Shown here: one piece after another, positions 29,261 to 39,254 of the stretch
Layout: every line of letters starts with the position of its first letter
Position numbering within the stretch: the stretch's first letter is position 1
Source: Nanobdellati archaeon
GTDB lineage: Archaea > Nanobdellota > Nanobdellia > CSSed11-243R1
Assembly: GCA_027007025.1 (NCBI GenBank)
Contig: JALTFL010000001.1
Coordinates: forward strand, 248 to 64,247
Direction of reading: 5' to 3'
Length of the DNA: 64,000 bases
Translations under genes and position numbers: made by a program
Notes under the pieces: generated by a model
Database searches by the model: none
The model's input: only the letters and a program-made list of their open reading frames with translations
Told to the model about the DNA's origin: nothing

Positions 29261-30367
29261 ATGTTAAAGCCAAACTACGACGACAGCATACTACAGATAA
29301 AAGATTTAGTTCTTAATTCAAAAAGGAAAAAGACATTGTTTATATTAATCGATGCTTTCGGGTATAAAATTCTTGAAAAAATAAAGAAAGATAAGTACGT
29401 GCGAAAAGTATTGAGAGAATCAAAGTTAAGAAAAATAAGCAGCGTGTTCCCAACGACAACGACGGCGGCAATAACATCCATATTCAGCGGCGAACCGCCC
29501 GGAAAGCATGGATTGTATGAATGGAAGGTATACTCCAGTAAAATAAAAATGGAATTTAATCCGCTGCCTTTTGAAGCTGTCGATGAAAAGATGCAAAAGA
29601 AATTTGAAAAGATTGCAACTCCATCATTAATCAAGCACAAAGATTTCATAAAAGATTTGCACAAAAAAAGAGTTTCTGTTTATCAAATATACCCTCACGA
29701 ACTTAAAGGGAGTTTATACAATTTTAACAAAGGGGATTTAGTTTTTTATAGAAATATCGTAGAGGCGGTTGTAAAAACAAAAAATGTAATAAAAAATGAA
29801 AAGAAAAAATCTTTCTTTTATTTATACCTCCCACACTACGATGAATCAGAGCATCTAAACGGTCCTTTTTCGGAAGAATCTATTGCATTAATAAAAGAAA
29901 TTTTTAGATTAATCTACAACGAATTGTTTAGCATAAAAGGAATAAAGATAATCATAACAGCAGACCATGGATGTGTGAGTATTAAAAAGGAAATAAAACT
30001 CGAAAGCAAAAAGTGGTTTTGGGAAAATGTTTGGCAGAATTTGAAATCTTGCTGTAGAAGAAAAATATTCCCCGTTGGTGGATCAAGAGATGTGTTCCTT
30101 CATGTGAAAGAAAACAAAATCAATTATGTTTTGACTGTATTAAAAAAACGACTTGAGAAATACGCCGAGATATATAAAACAAAAGACTTAATTGATAATG
30201 GATTTTTCGGGAAAAAAACGAGTAAACAATTTCTAAAAGATGTGGGCAATATTATAATACTACCAAAAGACAACATAGATATTACATTCTATGTCAAACA
30301 CAAATTCAACGGCGACCACGGCGGACTAAGCAAAGATGAGCTTTTTGTGCCGCTGATAATCCACTAA
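29261..30367 (+). CDS. alkaline-phosphatase-superfamily metalloenzyme (type I phosphodiesterase/nucleotide pyrophosphatase-like)
   Basis: LFILIDAFGY and FPTTTTAAITSIFSGEPPGKHG motifs typical of PF01663-like core. Confidence 0.55.
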   Translation: MLKPNYDDSILQIKDLVLNSKRKKTLFILIDAFGYKILEKIKKDKYVRKVLRESKLRKISSVFPTTTTAAITSIFSGEPPGKHGLYEWKVYSSKIKMEFNPLPFEAVDEKMQKKFEKIATPSLIKHKDFIKDLHKKRVSVYQIYPHELKGSLYNFNKGDLVFYRNIVEAVVKTKNVIKNEKKKSFFYLYLPHYDESEHLNGPFSEESIALIKEIFRLIYNELFSIKGIKIIITADHGCVSIKKEIKLESKKWFWENVWQNLKSCCRRKIFPVGGSRDVFLHVKENKINYVLTVLKKRLEKYAEIYKTKDLIDNGFFGKKTSKQFLKDVGNIIILPKDNIDITFYVKHKFNGDHGGLSKDELFVPLIIH

Positions 30368-30380
30368 AAGAAAAACTATT

Positions 30381-30412
30381 TCTTCCGTGCACGCTTCTTT
30401 CTAAGAAGGGTG
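30381..30412 (-). repeat. extragenic copy of conserved intron-core element, immediately 3' of tRNA, followed by U-tract
   Basis: minus strand reads CACCCTTCTTAGAAAGAAGCGTGCACGGAAGA then TTTTTCTTTT. Confidence 0.7.
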
Positions 30413-30414
30413 TA

Positions 30415-30574
30415 TGGCCCGGCGGAGATTTGAACTCCGGACCTCTGGTTTTCTGAGACCTGAGGTAACCCACAGGCGTCATATAAGACCAGCGCTCCAA
30501 CCAGGCTTCACCCAAACACCACTTCTTCCGTGCACGCTTCTTTTTAAGAAGGGTGCTTGTTAAGCTACCGGGCC
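30415..30574 (-). tRNA. tRNA with two introns; anticodon most likely UAU (Ile), assignment tentative
   Basis: acceptor GGCCCGG/CCGGGCC, D arm GCTT..GAGC, T arm CGGAG-TTCAAAT-CTCCG; D-loop intron 30508-30561 (54 nt, contains element) and anticodon-loop intron 30451-30481 (31 nt); mature 75 nt. Confidence 0.7.
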
Positions 30575-30624
30575 ATAAGGTAGGAAATGGAAATATTTAT
30601 TTAAAAAGTTATCTTTTGGTACAC

Positions 30625-31758
30625 ATGGCAAAATACTTATTTACTTCGGAATCTGTGACGGAAGGACACCCTGACAAATTGTGCGACCAAATTTCTGACG
30701 AAATACTCGATAAGCTGATAAAACAGGACAAAAACTCTAAAGTTGCCGTCGAAACTCTCGCGACGCGTGGACTCATACTCGTTGCCGGAGAAGTCAGCAC
30801 CAAGGGATATGTCGATGTTCAAGGAACTGCAAGAAAAGTTGTCCATGAAGTTGGGTATGACAATCCCGAATATGGATTTGATTTTGACTCAATCGCGGTC
30901 CTGACTGCACTGCATGAACAGTCGCCGGACATAGCAAGGGGCGTCATTAAGAAGGAGATGGGCGCCGGAGACCAGGGTTTAATGTTCGGTTATGCCACCA
31001 ACGAAACAAAGGAATTAATGCCTCTGCCAATAATAATGGCGCACAAAATTGCGATGCGCCTCGCGGAAGTCAGGAAGAAAAAAATACTTGACTGGGTGCG
31101 CCCAGACGGGAAGTCGCAGGTTACAGTCGAATACAAAAACGGAAAGCCTGTCAGGATAGACACAATTGTTGTTTCAACTCAGCATTCTCCAAAAGTCAAG
31201 AACAAAAAGATAAGAAAAGAAATAATTGACAAAGTAATTTCTCCTGTCGCGAAAGATTGGATTGATAAGAAAACAAAATTCTACATAAACCCCACTGGAA
31301 GATTTGTCATAGGCGGACCAGCAGCGGACACGGGACTCACTGGAAGAAAAATAATAGTTGATACATATGGTGGATTTGGCGCCCATGGTGGAGGATGCTT
31401 CTCCGGAAAGGACCCGTCAAAAGTTGACAGGAGCGGAAGTTACATGGCGAGGTATATAGCGAAAAATCTTGTCGCGGCAAAGCTTGCCGAAAAAGTCGAG
31501 GTGCAGATTGCCTATGCTATCGGCGTTTCAAAGCCTGTTTCAGTAATGGTAAATTCATTCAACACGGGAATAATCTCAGACGAAAAATTGATTGGAATCG
31601 TGAAAAAAGTTTTTGATATGCGCCCGGGAGCAATAATCAAACAACTGAAATTACAGAACCCTATTTACAGAAAAACCGCGGCGTATGGACACTTCGGCAG
31701 AAAAGGATTCCCGTGGGAGAAAACAGATAAAATAAACGAAGTAAGACATTACTTATGA
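30625..31758 (+). CDS. metK: S-adenosylmethionine synthetase, bacterial/eukaryotic type
   Basis: [33 protein letters not shown]-like motifs; start ATG 30625. Confidence 0.95.
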   Translation: MAKYLFTSESVTEGHPDKLCDQISDEILDKLIKQDKNSKVAVETLATRGLILVAGEVSTKGYVDVQGTARKVVHEVGYDNPEYGFDFDSIAVLTALHEQSPDIARGVIKKEMGAGDQGLMFGYATNETKELMPLPIIMAHKIAMRLAEVRKKKILDWVRPDGKSQVTVEYKNGKPVRIDTIVVSTQHSPKVKNKKIRKEIIDKVISPVAKDWIDKKTKFYINPTGRFVIGGPAADTGLTGRKIIVDTYGGFGAHGGGCFSGKDPSKVDRSGSYMARYIAKNLVAAKLAEKVEVQIAYAIGVSKPVSVMVNSFNTGIISDEKLIGIVKKVFDMRPGAIIKQLKLQNPIYRKTAAYGHFGRKGFPWEKTDKINEVRHYL

Positions 31759-32120
31759 TTTTTTTCCTCTTTTTTTATCTCATACCATCTTCGGGCGGCT
31801 TCTTCCGCTGTTGAAACTTTCTCATCACCGAACACCCATGGCTTGCGCCGCTTTATCTTTTCAATAACCCTCTTCAAAACGTTATGGTAGTTGGTTATCC
31901 CTTGCTTTTCGGCAACCGCAAGAATCAGAAGCGCGTCATAAATTAAGTCTCCTATCTCTTCTTCAAAGTTGTCCATGTCATTGTTCTCAATTGCTTCCTT
32001 GACTTCGCGCGCCTCATTAAGCGGCTCACCTTTTAGGGAGTATATCGTTTGCTCTTTTAACCACGGGCACTTTCTTAAAGTTTCGTTGATTACATCAATC
32101 AATTCGTCTATTTCTTTCAC
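31749..32120 (-). CDS. MazG-like nucleoside triphosphate pyrophosphohydrolase
   Basis: [14 protein letters not shown] EExGD motif, 123 aa all-alpha. Confidence 0.75.
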   Translation of the reverse strand: MKEIDELIDVINETLRKCPWLKEQTIYSLKGEPLNEAREVKEAIENNDMDNFEEEIGDLIYDALLILAVAEKQGITNYHNVLKRVIEKIKRRKPWVFGDEKVSTAEEAARRWYEIKKEEKNHK

Positions 32121-32256
32121 ATTATCCCCTGCTTAACAGTAAAGTACCTTCCGCAGAAAAAGCATTGTACCCTTTTGTTCATTAAGTTCTTCTTGTTTCT
32201 AGGCAAAAATTTTCTTTTGTTATCACAATATGGGCATTTAAGAGTGATTTCCATGA

Positions 32257-32790
32257 TTAGGACGTTCCTATTTTGATTCCGCCTGTTCCAGGAATTGCTA
32301 CAGGCTTCCCGCCAAAGCAGCTGCTCAATCCAGATATTCCGTTAACGTAACTTCCCCATATCAAATACAAAATAATCAAAGGTATAACAATGTTAGCTAT
32401 AAAGATTATTGTTCCTATGACAGGGATTATTTCTAAAATTGAAAGGATATGAAGCACAAAAAGTATTAGAGTTAATACTAATATCAACCACAACGAACTA
32501 CTTATTGGTGCTATTGCGCTCCCTATTGATGGACCAATCCACGGAAGAGAGGGTCCAAAATAAACACCTAATGCTCCAAAAAATTCACCAAGTATTATGG
32601 CAACAACTGCAAGGACCAATCCAAGAGCGGGACAAAAGGTGGAAACTGTTGCGGCGCCGATTGCGGCGCCGATACCAATTATGATTTTAACAATCATCCC
32701 AAATGTTCCCTTTAGCATTGGATGAAGCAAAACTTTTAGAGCTATCACTGGGAACAATGTCGCCGCCGCGATTAGCCATGCTTCAACCAT
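32257..32790 (-). CDS. polytopic membrane protein (hypothetical)
   Basis: 177 aa, 5-6 hydrophobic helices, Gly/Ala-rich. Confidence 0.4.
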   Translation of the reverse strand: MVEAWLIAAATLFPVIALKVLLHPMLKGTFGMIVKIIIGIGAAIGAATVSTFCPALGLVLAVVAIILGEFFGALGVYFGPSLPWIGPSIGSAIAPISSSLWLILVLTLILFVLHILSILEIIPVIGTIIFIANIVIPLIILYLIWGSYVNGISGLSSCFGGKPVAIPGTGGIKIGTS

Positions 32791-32842
32791 ATAATAGCAA
32801 TATTTGAAAAACTATTTAAACAATTCTAAATTTTTATCTTTT

Positions 32843-35167
32843 ATGCTTAATGAAAAAAGGTGGAAAAAAGAGTTTGAAGAAGAATTAAACAAGTTTTGGA
32901 AAGAAAAGGGAATTTATGACTTCAAACTTTCGGATGACAAAGAAGTGTTTTCAATAGACACACCTCCACCTTATCCTTCTGGGAAACCTTGGCACATAAG
33001 CGCCGTTGCGCATTACTCGCAGATAGATATGATTGCGCGGACAGAAAGAATGATGGGAAAAAATGTGCTGTTTCCTATTGGAATTGACAGAAACGGACTC
33101 CCTGTCGAGCTTTACACTGAGAAAAAATACAAAATCCAAATGCATAAGATACCGCGTGAGGAATTTGTTGGGTACTGCAGAAAATCCCTCGACGATTTGG
33201 AAGAATATATTGTTGACATAATGCACAAAATTGGATTTAGTGCTGATTTCAAGAATCATCGTTACAGAACTGACTCTGAGGAGTATAGGAAATTGACGCA
33301 GGCAACATTTATCGAAATGTGGAAGAAAGGATTAATATATGAAGACACACGTCCGAACAACTACTGCGTCAAAACAAAAACAACAATTGCTGATGCAGAG
33401 ATAGAGTATAAAGATATAGAGACAAATCTTGTGTATATAAAATTCAAAACAGATAGCGGAAAAGATATTGTTGTAGCTACTACACGTCCAGAGCTTCTTG
33501 GCGCCTGCGCAGCCATACTTTACAATCCAAAAGACGAAAGATACAAAGGATTGAATGGAAAGGCGATTGTTCCGATTTATGGACAAAAAGTTCCAATAAT
33601 TGCACACCCGTACGCCAAACCAGAATTCGGAACAGGAATGGTTATGATTTGTTCCTATGGGGATTATGCCGATGTGAGAATCTTCAGGGAACTCAAGCTT
33701 CCGGAAAAAATCCTGATTGATGAAAACGGTAGGATGAACGAAAACTCTGGAAAGTATAAGGGGATGAAAGTCAAAGAAGCGCGGGAAAAAATAACTGAAG
33801 ACTTAAAGGAAATGGGTGTCGTTGAAAAAGTCGAAAAGATAATGCACAGAACGCCTTTCTCGGAAAGGGGGAAATACCCAATTGAAATAATCCCAATGAA
33901 AGAATATTACTTGAAACAGATTCCTTTCCTCGATGACGTGAAAAAATGCGGGGAGAAAATAAAATTCCATCCCGATTATTACAGGCAGATGCTATTTGAC
34001 TGGATAAACTCAGTCACCATGGACTGGCCAATCACAAGAAGAAGATTCTACGGCACCGAAGTCCCAATTTGGTACTGCAAGAAATGTGGTGCGCCTCACC
34101 TTCCGGAGCCTGGAAAATATTACCAGCCATGGAAGGAAAAAGCACCGTTTGAAAAGTGTGAGAAATGTGGCAGTACGGAATTTGTAGGGGATAAAAGAAC
34201 ATTTGACACTTGGATGGATTCCAGCATATCAGCTCTTTTTATATCAGGATATAAAAGAGATGAACAATTGTTCAAAAAAGCATTCCCTGTATCGGTGCGC
34301 CCGCAGGCAAAAGATATCATAAGGACTTGGCTTTATTATTCAATATTGAGAACTTATCAGCTTACTAAAAAGTGTGTCTTCAAACACGCGTGGATAAGCG
34401 GGTATGGCGTTGACGAGCACGGAAAGAAAATGAGCAAGTCAATAGGGAATGTTGTTGACCCTATACCCTATCTTGAGAAATATGGCGGAGATAGTATAAG
34501 GTTCTGGATTGCAGCCGAGACAAACGTCGGAAGCGATTTCAGGTTCTCAGAGTCAAGGCTAGAAACCGCCAAGAAGTTCCTGACAAAACTCTGGAATGTC
34601 TCAAGATTCATATCATCATTCGAGCTTAAAGAGGGCGAAGCCGAGCTTATGCCCACGGACAAATGGATTCTTGCGGAGCTCAACAAAACAATCGAGAAAA
34701 GCAAAGAGGGGTATGAAGATTTCAACTTTTTCGTTCCGGCGACGGAAATAAAGCACTTTGCATGGAGTATATTTGCGGACCATTATGTCGAGATGGTAAA
34801 AGCAAGAGCATACAATAAGGAAGGGTTGTTCACTGAAGCGCAGCAGAGGGGTGCGATAAAGACGCTTTATACTGTACTTGAAAATGTTTTGAAACTTTTG
34901 GCGCCGATAACGCCTTTCATCACGGAAAAAATCTGGCTTGAAATTTTCTCAAAGAACTCAATACACACAACCAAGTTTCCGGAAAAAGTTGAAACCGACG
35001 ACAGCCTGACAGAATTGACAGAAAAAATAATCGAGTTCAACTCAAACATTTGGAAAACAAAAAAAGAAAAAGGCATGTCCCTCAACGCGGACATCGGCGG
35101 AATAGAAATTCCAAAAGAGCTTACATTGTTCGCCGAAGACTTGGTAAGAATGCACAAGATTATTTAA
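32843..35167 (+). CDS. valS: valyl-tRNA synthetase (short form, degenerate HIGH)
   Basis: IDTPPPYPSGKPWHISAVAH aligns with archaeal ValRS IDTPPPFTSGTLHLGH; KMSKSIGNVVDP; start ATG 32843. Confidence 0.85.
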   Translation: MLNEKRWKKEFEEELNKFWKEKGIYDFKLSDDKEVFSIDTPPPYPSGKPWHISAVAHYSQIDMIARTERMMGKNVLFPIGIDRNGLPVELYTEKKYKIQMHKIPREEFVGYCRKSLDDLEEYIVDIMHKIGFSADFKNHRYRTDSEEYRKLTQATFIEMWKKGLIYEDTRPNNYCVKTKTTIADAEIEYKDIETNLVYIKFKTDSGKDIVVATTRPELLGACAAILYNPKDERYKGLNGKAIVPIYGQKVPIIAHPYAKPEFGTGMVMICSYGDYADVRIFRELKLPEKILIDENGRMNENSGKYKGMKVKEAREKITEDLKEMGVVEKVEKIMHRTPFSERGKYPIEIIPMKEYYLKQIPFLDDVKKCGEKIKFHPDYYRQMLFDWINSVTMDWPITRRRFYGTEVPIWYCKKCGAPHLPEPGKYYQPWKEKAPFEKCEKCGSTEFVGDKRTFDTWMDSSISALFISGYKRDEQLFKKAFPVSVRPQAKDIIRTWLYYSILRTYQLTKKCVFKHAWISGYGVDEHGKKMSKSIGNVVDPIPYLEKYGGDSIRFWIAAETNVGSDFRFSESRLETAKKFLTKLWNVSRFISSFELKEGEAELMPTDKWILAELNKTIEKSKEGYEDFNFFVPATEIKHFAWSIFADHYVEMVKARAYNKEGLFTEAQQRGAIKTLYTVLENVLKLLAPITPFITEKIWLEIFSKNSIHTTKFPEKVETDDSLTELTEKIIEFNSNIWKTKKEKGMSLNADIGGIEIPKELTLFAEDLVRMHKII

Positions 35168-35532
35168 TACTCGTGCGCTCTTGTGTATCCCGGCTGCCAT
35201 CGTGGATTCGGCTGCCCTGGAAGCCATATATATTCTTTATACCCTGGAACCGCGCCAGTTGCCGCATATTCAAAAAGTATAGGATCATCTATCACATCCA
35301 TAAGTTCCCGAATGCGATTTACCATGTCACCAAGAGTCAGCCCTCCCTTTTCCTCTCTTAGTTGCCTGTATTTTTTATTTATTTCTAAAACTTGGGGGTA
35401 TTCCTCTTCAATCCTCTTGTTGAGCCTTGCTTCAATTTCGCTTTTAGATTTTCCATTCAAGGATGCCCTAATCCTTGCCAGACGTTCCAGTGTTTCCTCG
35501 CGAGTAATTGGTGTGCTTTCCATAATTATCAC
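35164..35532 (-). CDS. hypothetical protein
   Basis: 122 aa, coiled-coil N-terminus, no recognised motif. Confidence 0.3.
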   Translation of the reverse strand: MIIMESTPITREETLERLARIRASLNGKSKSEIEARLNKRIEEEYPQVLEINKKYRQLREEKGGLTLGDMVNRIRELMDVIDDPILFEYAATGAVPGYKEYIWLPGQPNPRWQPGYTRAHEY

Positions 35533-35629
35533 CTCAAAAAATTTACTTATTGTAATTTAAAGGCATCAGATGTATTTAACTTTTTGGTATCAAAGAATTT
35601 AAAAAGACACTTGAAATTGTTTTAATGAA

Positions 35630-36718
35630 ATGGATGAAGAAATGTATCATTTGAAAAAACTTGTAGAAAGGCTGGGAAAAATTAGAGGCAGGCATACAGA
35701 GTTAGTCAGTTTTTATGTCCCGGCTGGATACAATCTTGACGTCGCAAAAACACAGCTCGCAAATGAGGCAGACACCGCATCAAACATAAAGTCAAAACCA
35801 GTTAGGTTGAATGTTATATCTGCGATTGAAAAGATAATAAGTGAACTCAGAAATTTTAAGAAGACACCTGACAACGGCGTCGTTGTGTTTGCCGGAAACA
35901 TTTCCGACACCGAAGGAAAGCCTGACTTGCAGGTTTGGACAATCATACCACCAGCCCCAATAAATGTAAAATTGTACCGATGTGATTCTTATTTTGTCGT
36001 AGAGCCGTTGAAAGAAATGCTTGAAGCAAAGCATGTCTATGGATTGATAGTAATTGACCACAAGGACGCGAATGTCGCACTTCTAAAGGGGAAAAGTGTA
36101 ATTGAACTCAACAATATGCACTCCTTTGTTCCTGGCAAAATGAAGGCAGGGGGACAGTCAGCCCCGCGTTTCCAGAGGGAAAGACAGGAAGAAATAAAAC
36201 AATTCTTCAAAAAGGCGGCGGATGTCGCGGCAAATGGTTTCAGGGGAATAAAAAATCTAAATGGTATATTACTAGGTGGACCCGGTCCGGCGAAAGAAGA
36301 TTTTTACAAAGGGGACTTTCTTCCTGATGACTTGAAGAAAAAAGTCATAACTGTTAAAGACACGAGCGATACAGGAGAACAAGGCTTGCGCCAGCTTATA
36401 CTTAAAAGCGAAGATGTGCTCTCGCAGGAAGAAATAATCGCCGAAAAAAAGATACTTGATGAATTCTTCAGGCACCTAGCAAAGGATGATGGCTTCGCAT
36501 CCTATGGTGAATATGAAGTAAAAACAAATCTTGAGAAAGGTGCGGTTGAGAAACTTTTGCTTTCGGAAGCGCTTGAGGAAAGCAAGATAGATGAATTCTC
36601 AAACATTGCGAAGCAGTTCGGCACAGAAGTTATTCTTATATCCGAAGAAACCCAGGAAGGGGTTCAATTGCGTGAATTAGGTGGATTTGGAGCGATATTA
36701 AGATATAAATCAAACTAA
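35630..36718 (+). CDS. prf1: peptide chain release factor aRF1
   Basis: NIKS and GGQ motifs (NIKSKPV, GGQSAPRFQRERQ). Confidence 0.9.
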   Translation: MDEEMYHLKKLVERLGKIRGRHTELVSFYVPAGYNLDVAKTQLANEADTASNIKSKPVRLNVISAIEKIISELRNFKKTPDNGVVVFAGNISDTEGKPDLQVWTIIPPAPINVKLYRCDSYFVVEPLKEMLEAKHVYGLIVIDHKDANVALLKGKSVIELNNMHSFVPGKMKAGGQSAPRFQRERQEEIKQFFKKAADVAANGFRGIKNLNGILLGGPGPAKEDFYKGDFLPDDLKKKVITVKDTSDTGEQGLRQLILKSEDVLSQEEIIAEKKILDEFFRHLAKDDGFASYGEYEVKTNLEKGAVEKLLLSEALEESKIDEFSNIAKQFGTEVILISEETQEGVQLRELGGFGAILRYKSN

Positions 36719-36778
36719 AAAGAGTTAAAAAGGATACACCCCTTAATTATTCTATATCTTTTATGAGGTGATGATAAT

Positions 36779-36982
36779 ATGAGTATTTTGGCATTAGCAG
36801 CGATGGAGAAGCTTATTAGAAAAGCGGGGGCAAAAAGAGTAAGCGAAAGCGCGAAAAAAGCGCTTAGAGATGTGTTAGAAAAATATGGGGAAAAATTATC
36901 CACCAAAGCAGTTATGCTTGCGAAACATGGAGGAAGAACAACAGTTAAAGACGAAGATATAGAATTAGCATTAAAGACTTAA
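36779..36982 (+). CDS. archaeal histone (HMf family)
   Basis: 67 aa, strong similarity to HMfB (AKRVSESAKKAL..KHGGRTTVKDEDIELAL). Confidence 0.9.
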   Translation: MSILALAAMEKLIRKAGAKRVSESAKKALRDVLEKYGEKLSTKAVMLAKHGGRTTVKDEDIELALKT

Positions 36983-37021
36983 TGAAAACATTAATAAATG
37001 AATTAAATTTGGTGTTGTAGT

Positions 37022-37408
37022 ATGGAAAAAAGGTTCGCATCTCTTAATGAGTTGAAAATTGGTAGTTTTGTTTTGATTGATAATATTCCTTGTAAGGTTG
37101 TTTCTACAATTCATTCAAAGCCTGGAAAACATGGCGCTCCAAAGATAAGGCTGGAAGCCGTCGGAATAGTAGATGGTAGAAGGCGATCAATCGTTTCGTC
37201 AGCGGATTCCCGTGTAGAAGTTCCAATCATTGAAAAGAAAAATGCACAGGTTATTTCAATCTCAGGCGACAAAGCGAACGTGATGGACTTGGAAACTTTC
37301 GAAACATTTGACATTGATATACCTGACGAATTTAAGGATAAGATTCAGGAGGGTATGAATATTCTTTACTGGGACGTTGGCGTAAAACTGATGAAAGGAG
37401 TTAAGTAA
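37022..37408 (+). CDS. eif5a: translation initiation factor 5A
   Basis: hypusine loop SKPGKHGAPK, SH3-like + OB fold, 128 aa. Confidence 0.9.
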   Translation: MEKRFASLNELKIGSFVLIDNIPCKVVSTIHSKPGKHGAPKIRLEAVGIVDGRRRSIVSSADSRVEVPIIEKKNAQVISISGDKANVMDLETFETFDIDIPDEFKDKIQEGMNILYWDVGVKLMKGVK

Positions 37409-37744
37409 TCACTTCAAATTCTTTAGTTTTTTTGTAAGTATCTTTGTGTAAGCTACATTTAATATGGAATATCCATATAAAAGTGTTCCAGCTGAGATTG
37501 AAGCTATCTTCGACAAATCATCTTGCTGAAACAAAGCTATGACACCTATTAATGTCCCTAATCCAGCAGCCAAAAGGGAATTATAACTCTCACCAATTTC
37601 AAGAACATTTGAGGCATACCCTTTTTTAATCGCATCTTGTGTAAAAAATGAAGTTCCATCCAGACATTCCTCAAGAGAGCGCCCTTCGTTTACACTTTTA
37701 ATGACTTTTTTTATTTCCCAAGCCATCCTTCTATAACCATACAT
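37409..37744 (-). CDS. hypothetical protein
   Basis: 111 aa, one hydrophobic segment; no recognised motif. Confidence 0.3.
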   Translation of the reverse strand: MYGYRRMAWEIKKVIKSVNEGRSLEECLDGTSFFTQDAIKKGYASNVLEIGESYNSLLAAGLGTLIGVIALFQQDDLSKIASISAGTLLYGYSILNVAYTKILTKKLKNLK

Positions 37745-37746
37745 TT

Positions 37747-38103
37747 TTAACCACTCAAATATTCTGCGGCTTTGTTGACATCATCAAACTCAATAATAAT
37801 ATTTCCCAGAGCATAGTCTTCCTCAACAAAATGTATTTTTCCCACTATAAGAGTCTGCTTGTTGAGTTCAAGTTTTGAAGAATTTCCACTCTTATTTTTT
37901 TCAAGAAGATAAAGGACAGTTGTCTTTATTCTGCCATCCTCAACTTTATGTTTTAGATTTTCCAAAAGATTGATGTCAGTGAATTCTGAATAAATTTCCC
38001 CTTTTTTCTTTTTGAATTTTACAGGAAATATTTTTTCCAGAGATGAGATTATTTTATCTCCATCCTCTGTTGGATAAAGTGGCGTGGATATTTTTATCTT
38101 CAT
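37747..38103 (-). CDS. hypothetical protein
   Basis: 118 aa; stop/start adjacency with RPA gene suggests co-transcription. Confidence 0.35.
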   Translation of the reverse strand: MKIKISTPLYPTEDGDKIISSLEKIFPVKFKKKKGEIYSEFTDINLLENLKHKVEDGRIKTTVLYLLEKNKSGNSSKLELNKQTLIVGKIHFVEEDYALGNIIIEFDDVNKAAEYLSG

Positions 38104-39122
38104 TTTTCTATCTCTTTAAGTAATTTATTTGCTTCAACTGTTGGATTTGGAAATTCAACTCTCCTTGCTATCATCTCCAAATCACCGGAATAATCATTTC
38201 TGGAAACTTTTCCCTCAATCACAATTTCCCTACCAAGTATATCAAACTTCCTCACTTCAATTGGATAAAACGAATTATTGTGCTCCTTTGAAAGCTCGAA
38301 TGCCTCATCTGCCGGAATGCCAAGAAGTTTTTCTGCCTGGCTACCAAAAAACACAACTTTCATATTATCTGTTCCGTCGTCGACAACAGTTGAGATAAAC
38401 ATTGACTTTTTAGGTTCCACTTTACCATGCTCACTACATATCCCATCATGAACTCTTCTCCTGCACTTTGGGCAGACATCAAAGAAAGGATTGTTTTCCA
38501 AAATGTTCACGACCGCACCCCTTATCTCGTAAACTCCACCATCAGTTATGTTACTTATCTTTGTCCTTTCAGTATGCTGCCAAATTTGTTCCATTGGTGG
38601 AATCTCTTTCGCCTCTGGGATATCAGGATTAACTTCTATCAAACTTGCCGAACGCGCATGAAGCTCAAGTCCATTTAGTCCTTCTTTGACATACGCATTT
38701 GTTATTTTGATTATATCTCCCTCGTTGAGCTTTCCTTCTTCTATTAATTTTATCTGCTTGTTATCCCAAAAAACGATTCTCATCCTTCCGGTGGCATCAC
38801 CAACTAAAAATGAAACTACTTTTCCTTCATTTCCTTTTTTTGTGGTGAACTCTTTTACTGGATAAATCCTGAGAACTCTTGCGACAACTGAGGCGGTTTT
38901 TATTCCGGAAAGGATATTTTTGATTTTCAAAAAGCCAGCAGGCGTCTGCTTGAACAATTGAATACCAAATTCATTGGCGATTATATGTGCAGCTCCATCC
39001 TTGGAAACAAGCCCAGAAAGCTCGGTGACTTTATCATTTATCTTTTTCTCAATTACACTTTCATCCAAGCCGGTTTTTTCTTTAATCTTCTTTATAATAT
39101 CATTTAATGGAATTTTTATCAT
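38100..39122 (-). CDS. rpa: replication protein A (RPA) ssDNA-binding protein with OB folds and C4 zinc finger
   Basis: OB-fold pattern, CPKCRRRVHDGICSEHG zinc ribbon typical of archaeal RPA. Confidence 0.75.
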   Translation of the reverse strand: MIKIPLNDIIKKIKEKTGLDESVIEKKINDKVTELSGLVSKDGAAHIIANEFGIQLFKQTPAGFLKIKNILSGIKTASVVARVLRIYPVKEFTTKKGNEGKVVSFLVGDATGRMRIVFWDNKQIKLIEEGKLNEGDIIKITNAYVKEGLNGLELHARSASLIEVNPDIPEAKEIPPMEQIWQHTERTKISNITDGGVYEIRGAVVNILENNPFFDVCPKCRRRVHDGICSEHGKVEPKKSMFISTVVDDGTDNMKVVFFGSQAEKLLGIPADEAFELSKEHNNSFYPIEVRKFDILGREIVIEGKVSRNDYSGDLEMIARRVEFPNPTVEANKLLKEIEK

Positions 39123-39254
39123 TACACAACACCCTAATGATATTTCTATTTTTTATTATAAAAAGGTTTGTTTTGTGAATGATTTTTATGTGTTTAGGGG
39201 TTATTTATTTTCAATATAGAAAAAAATTAAAAGACCAAAACACAAGAAATTTGT

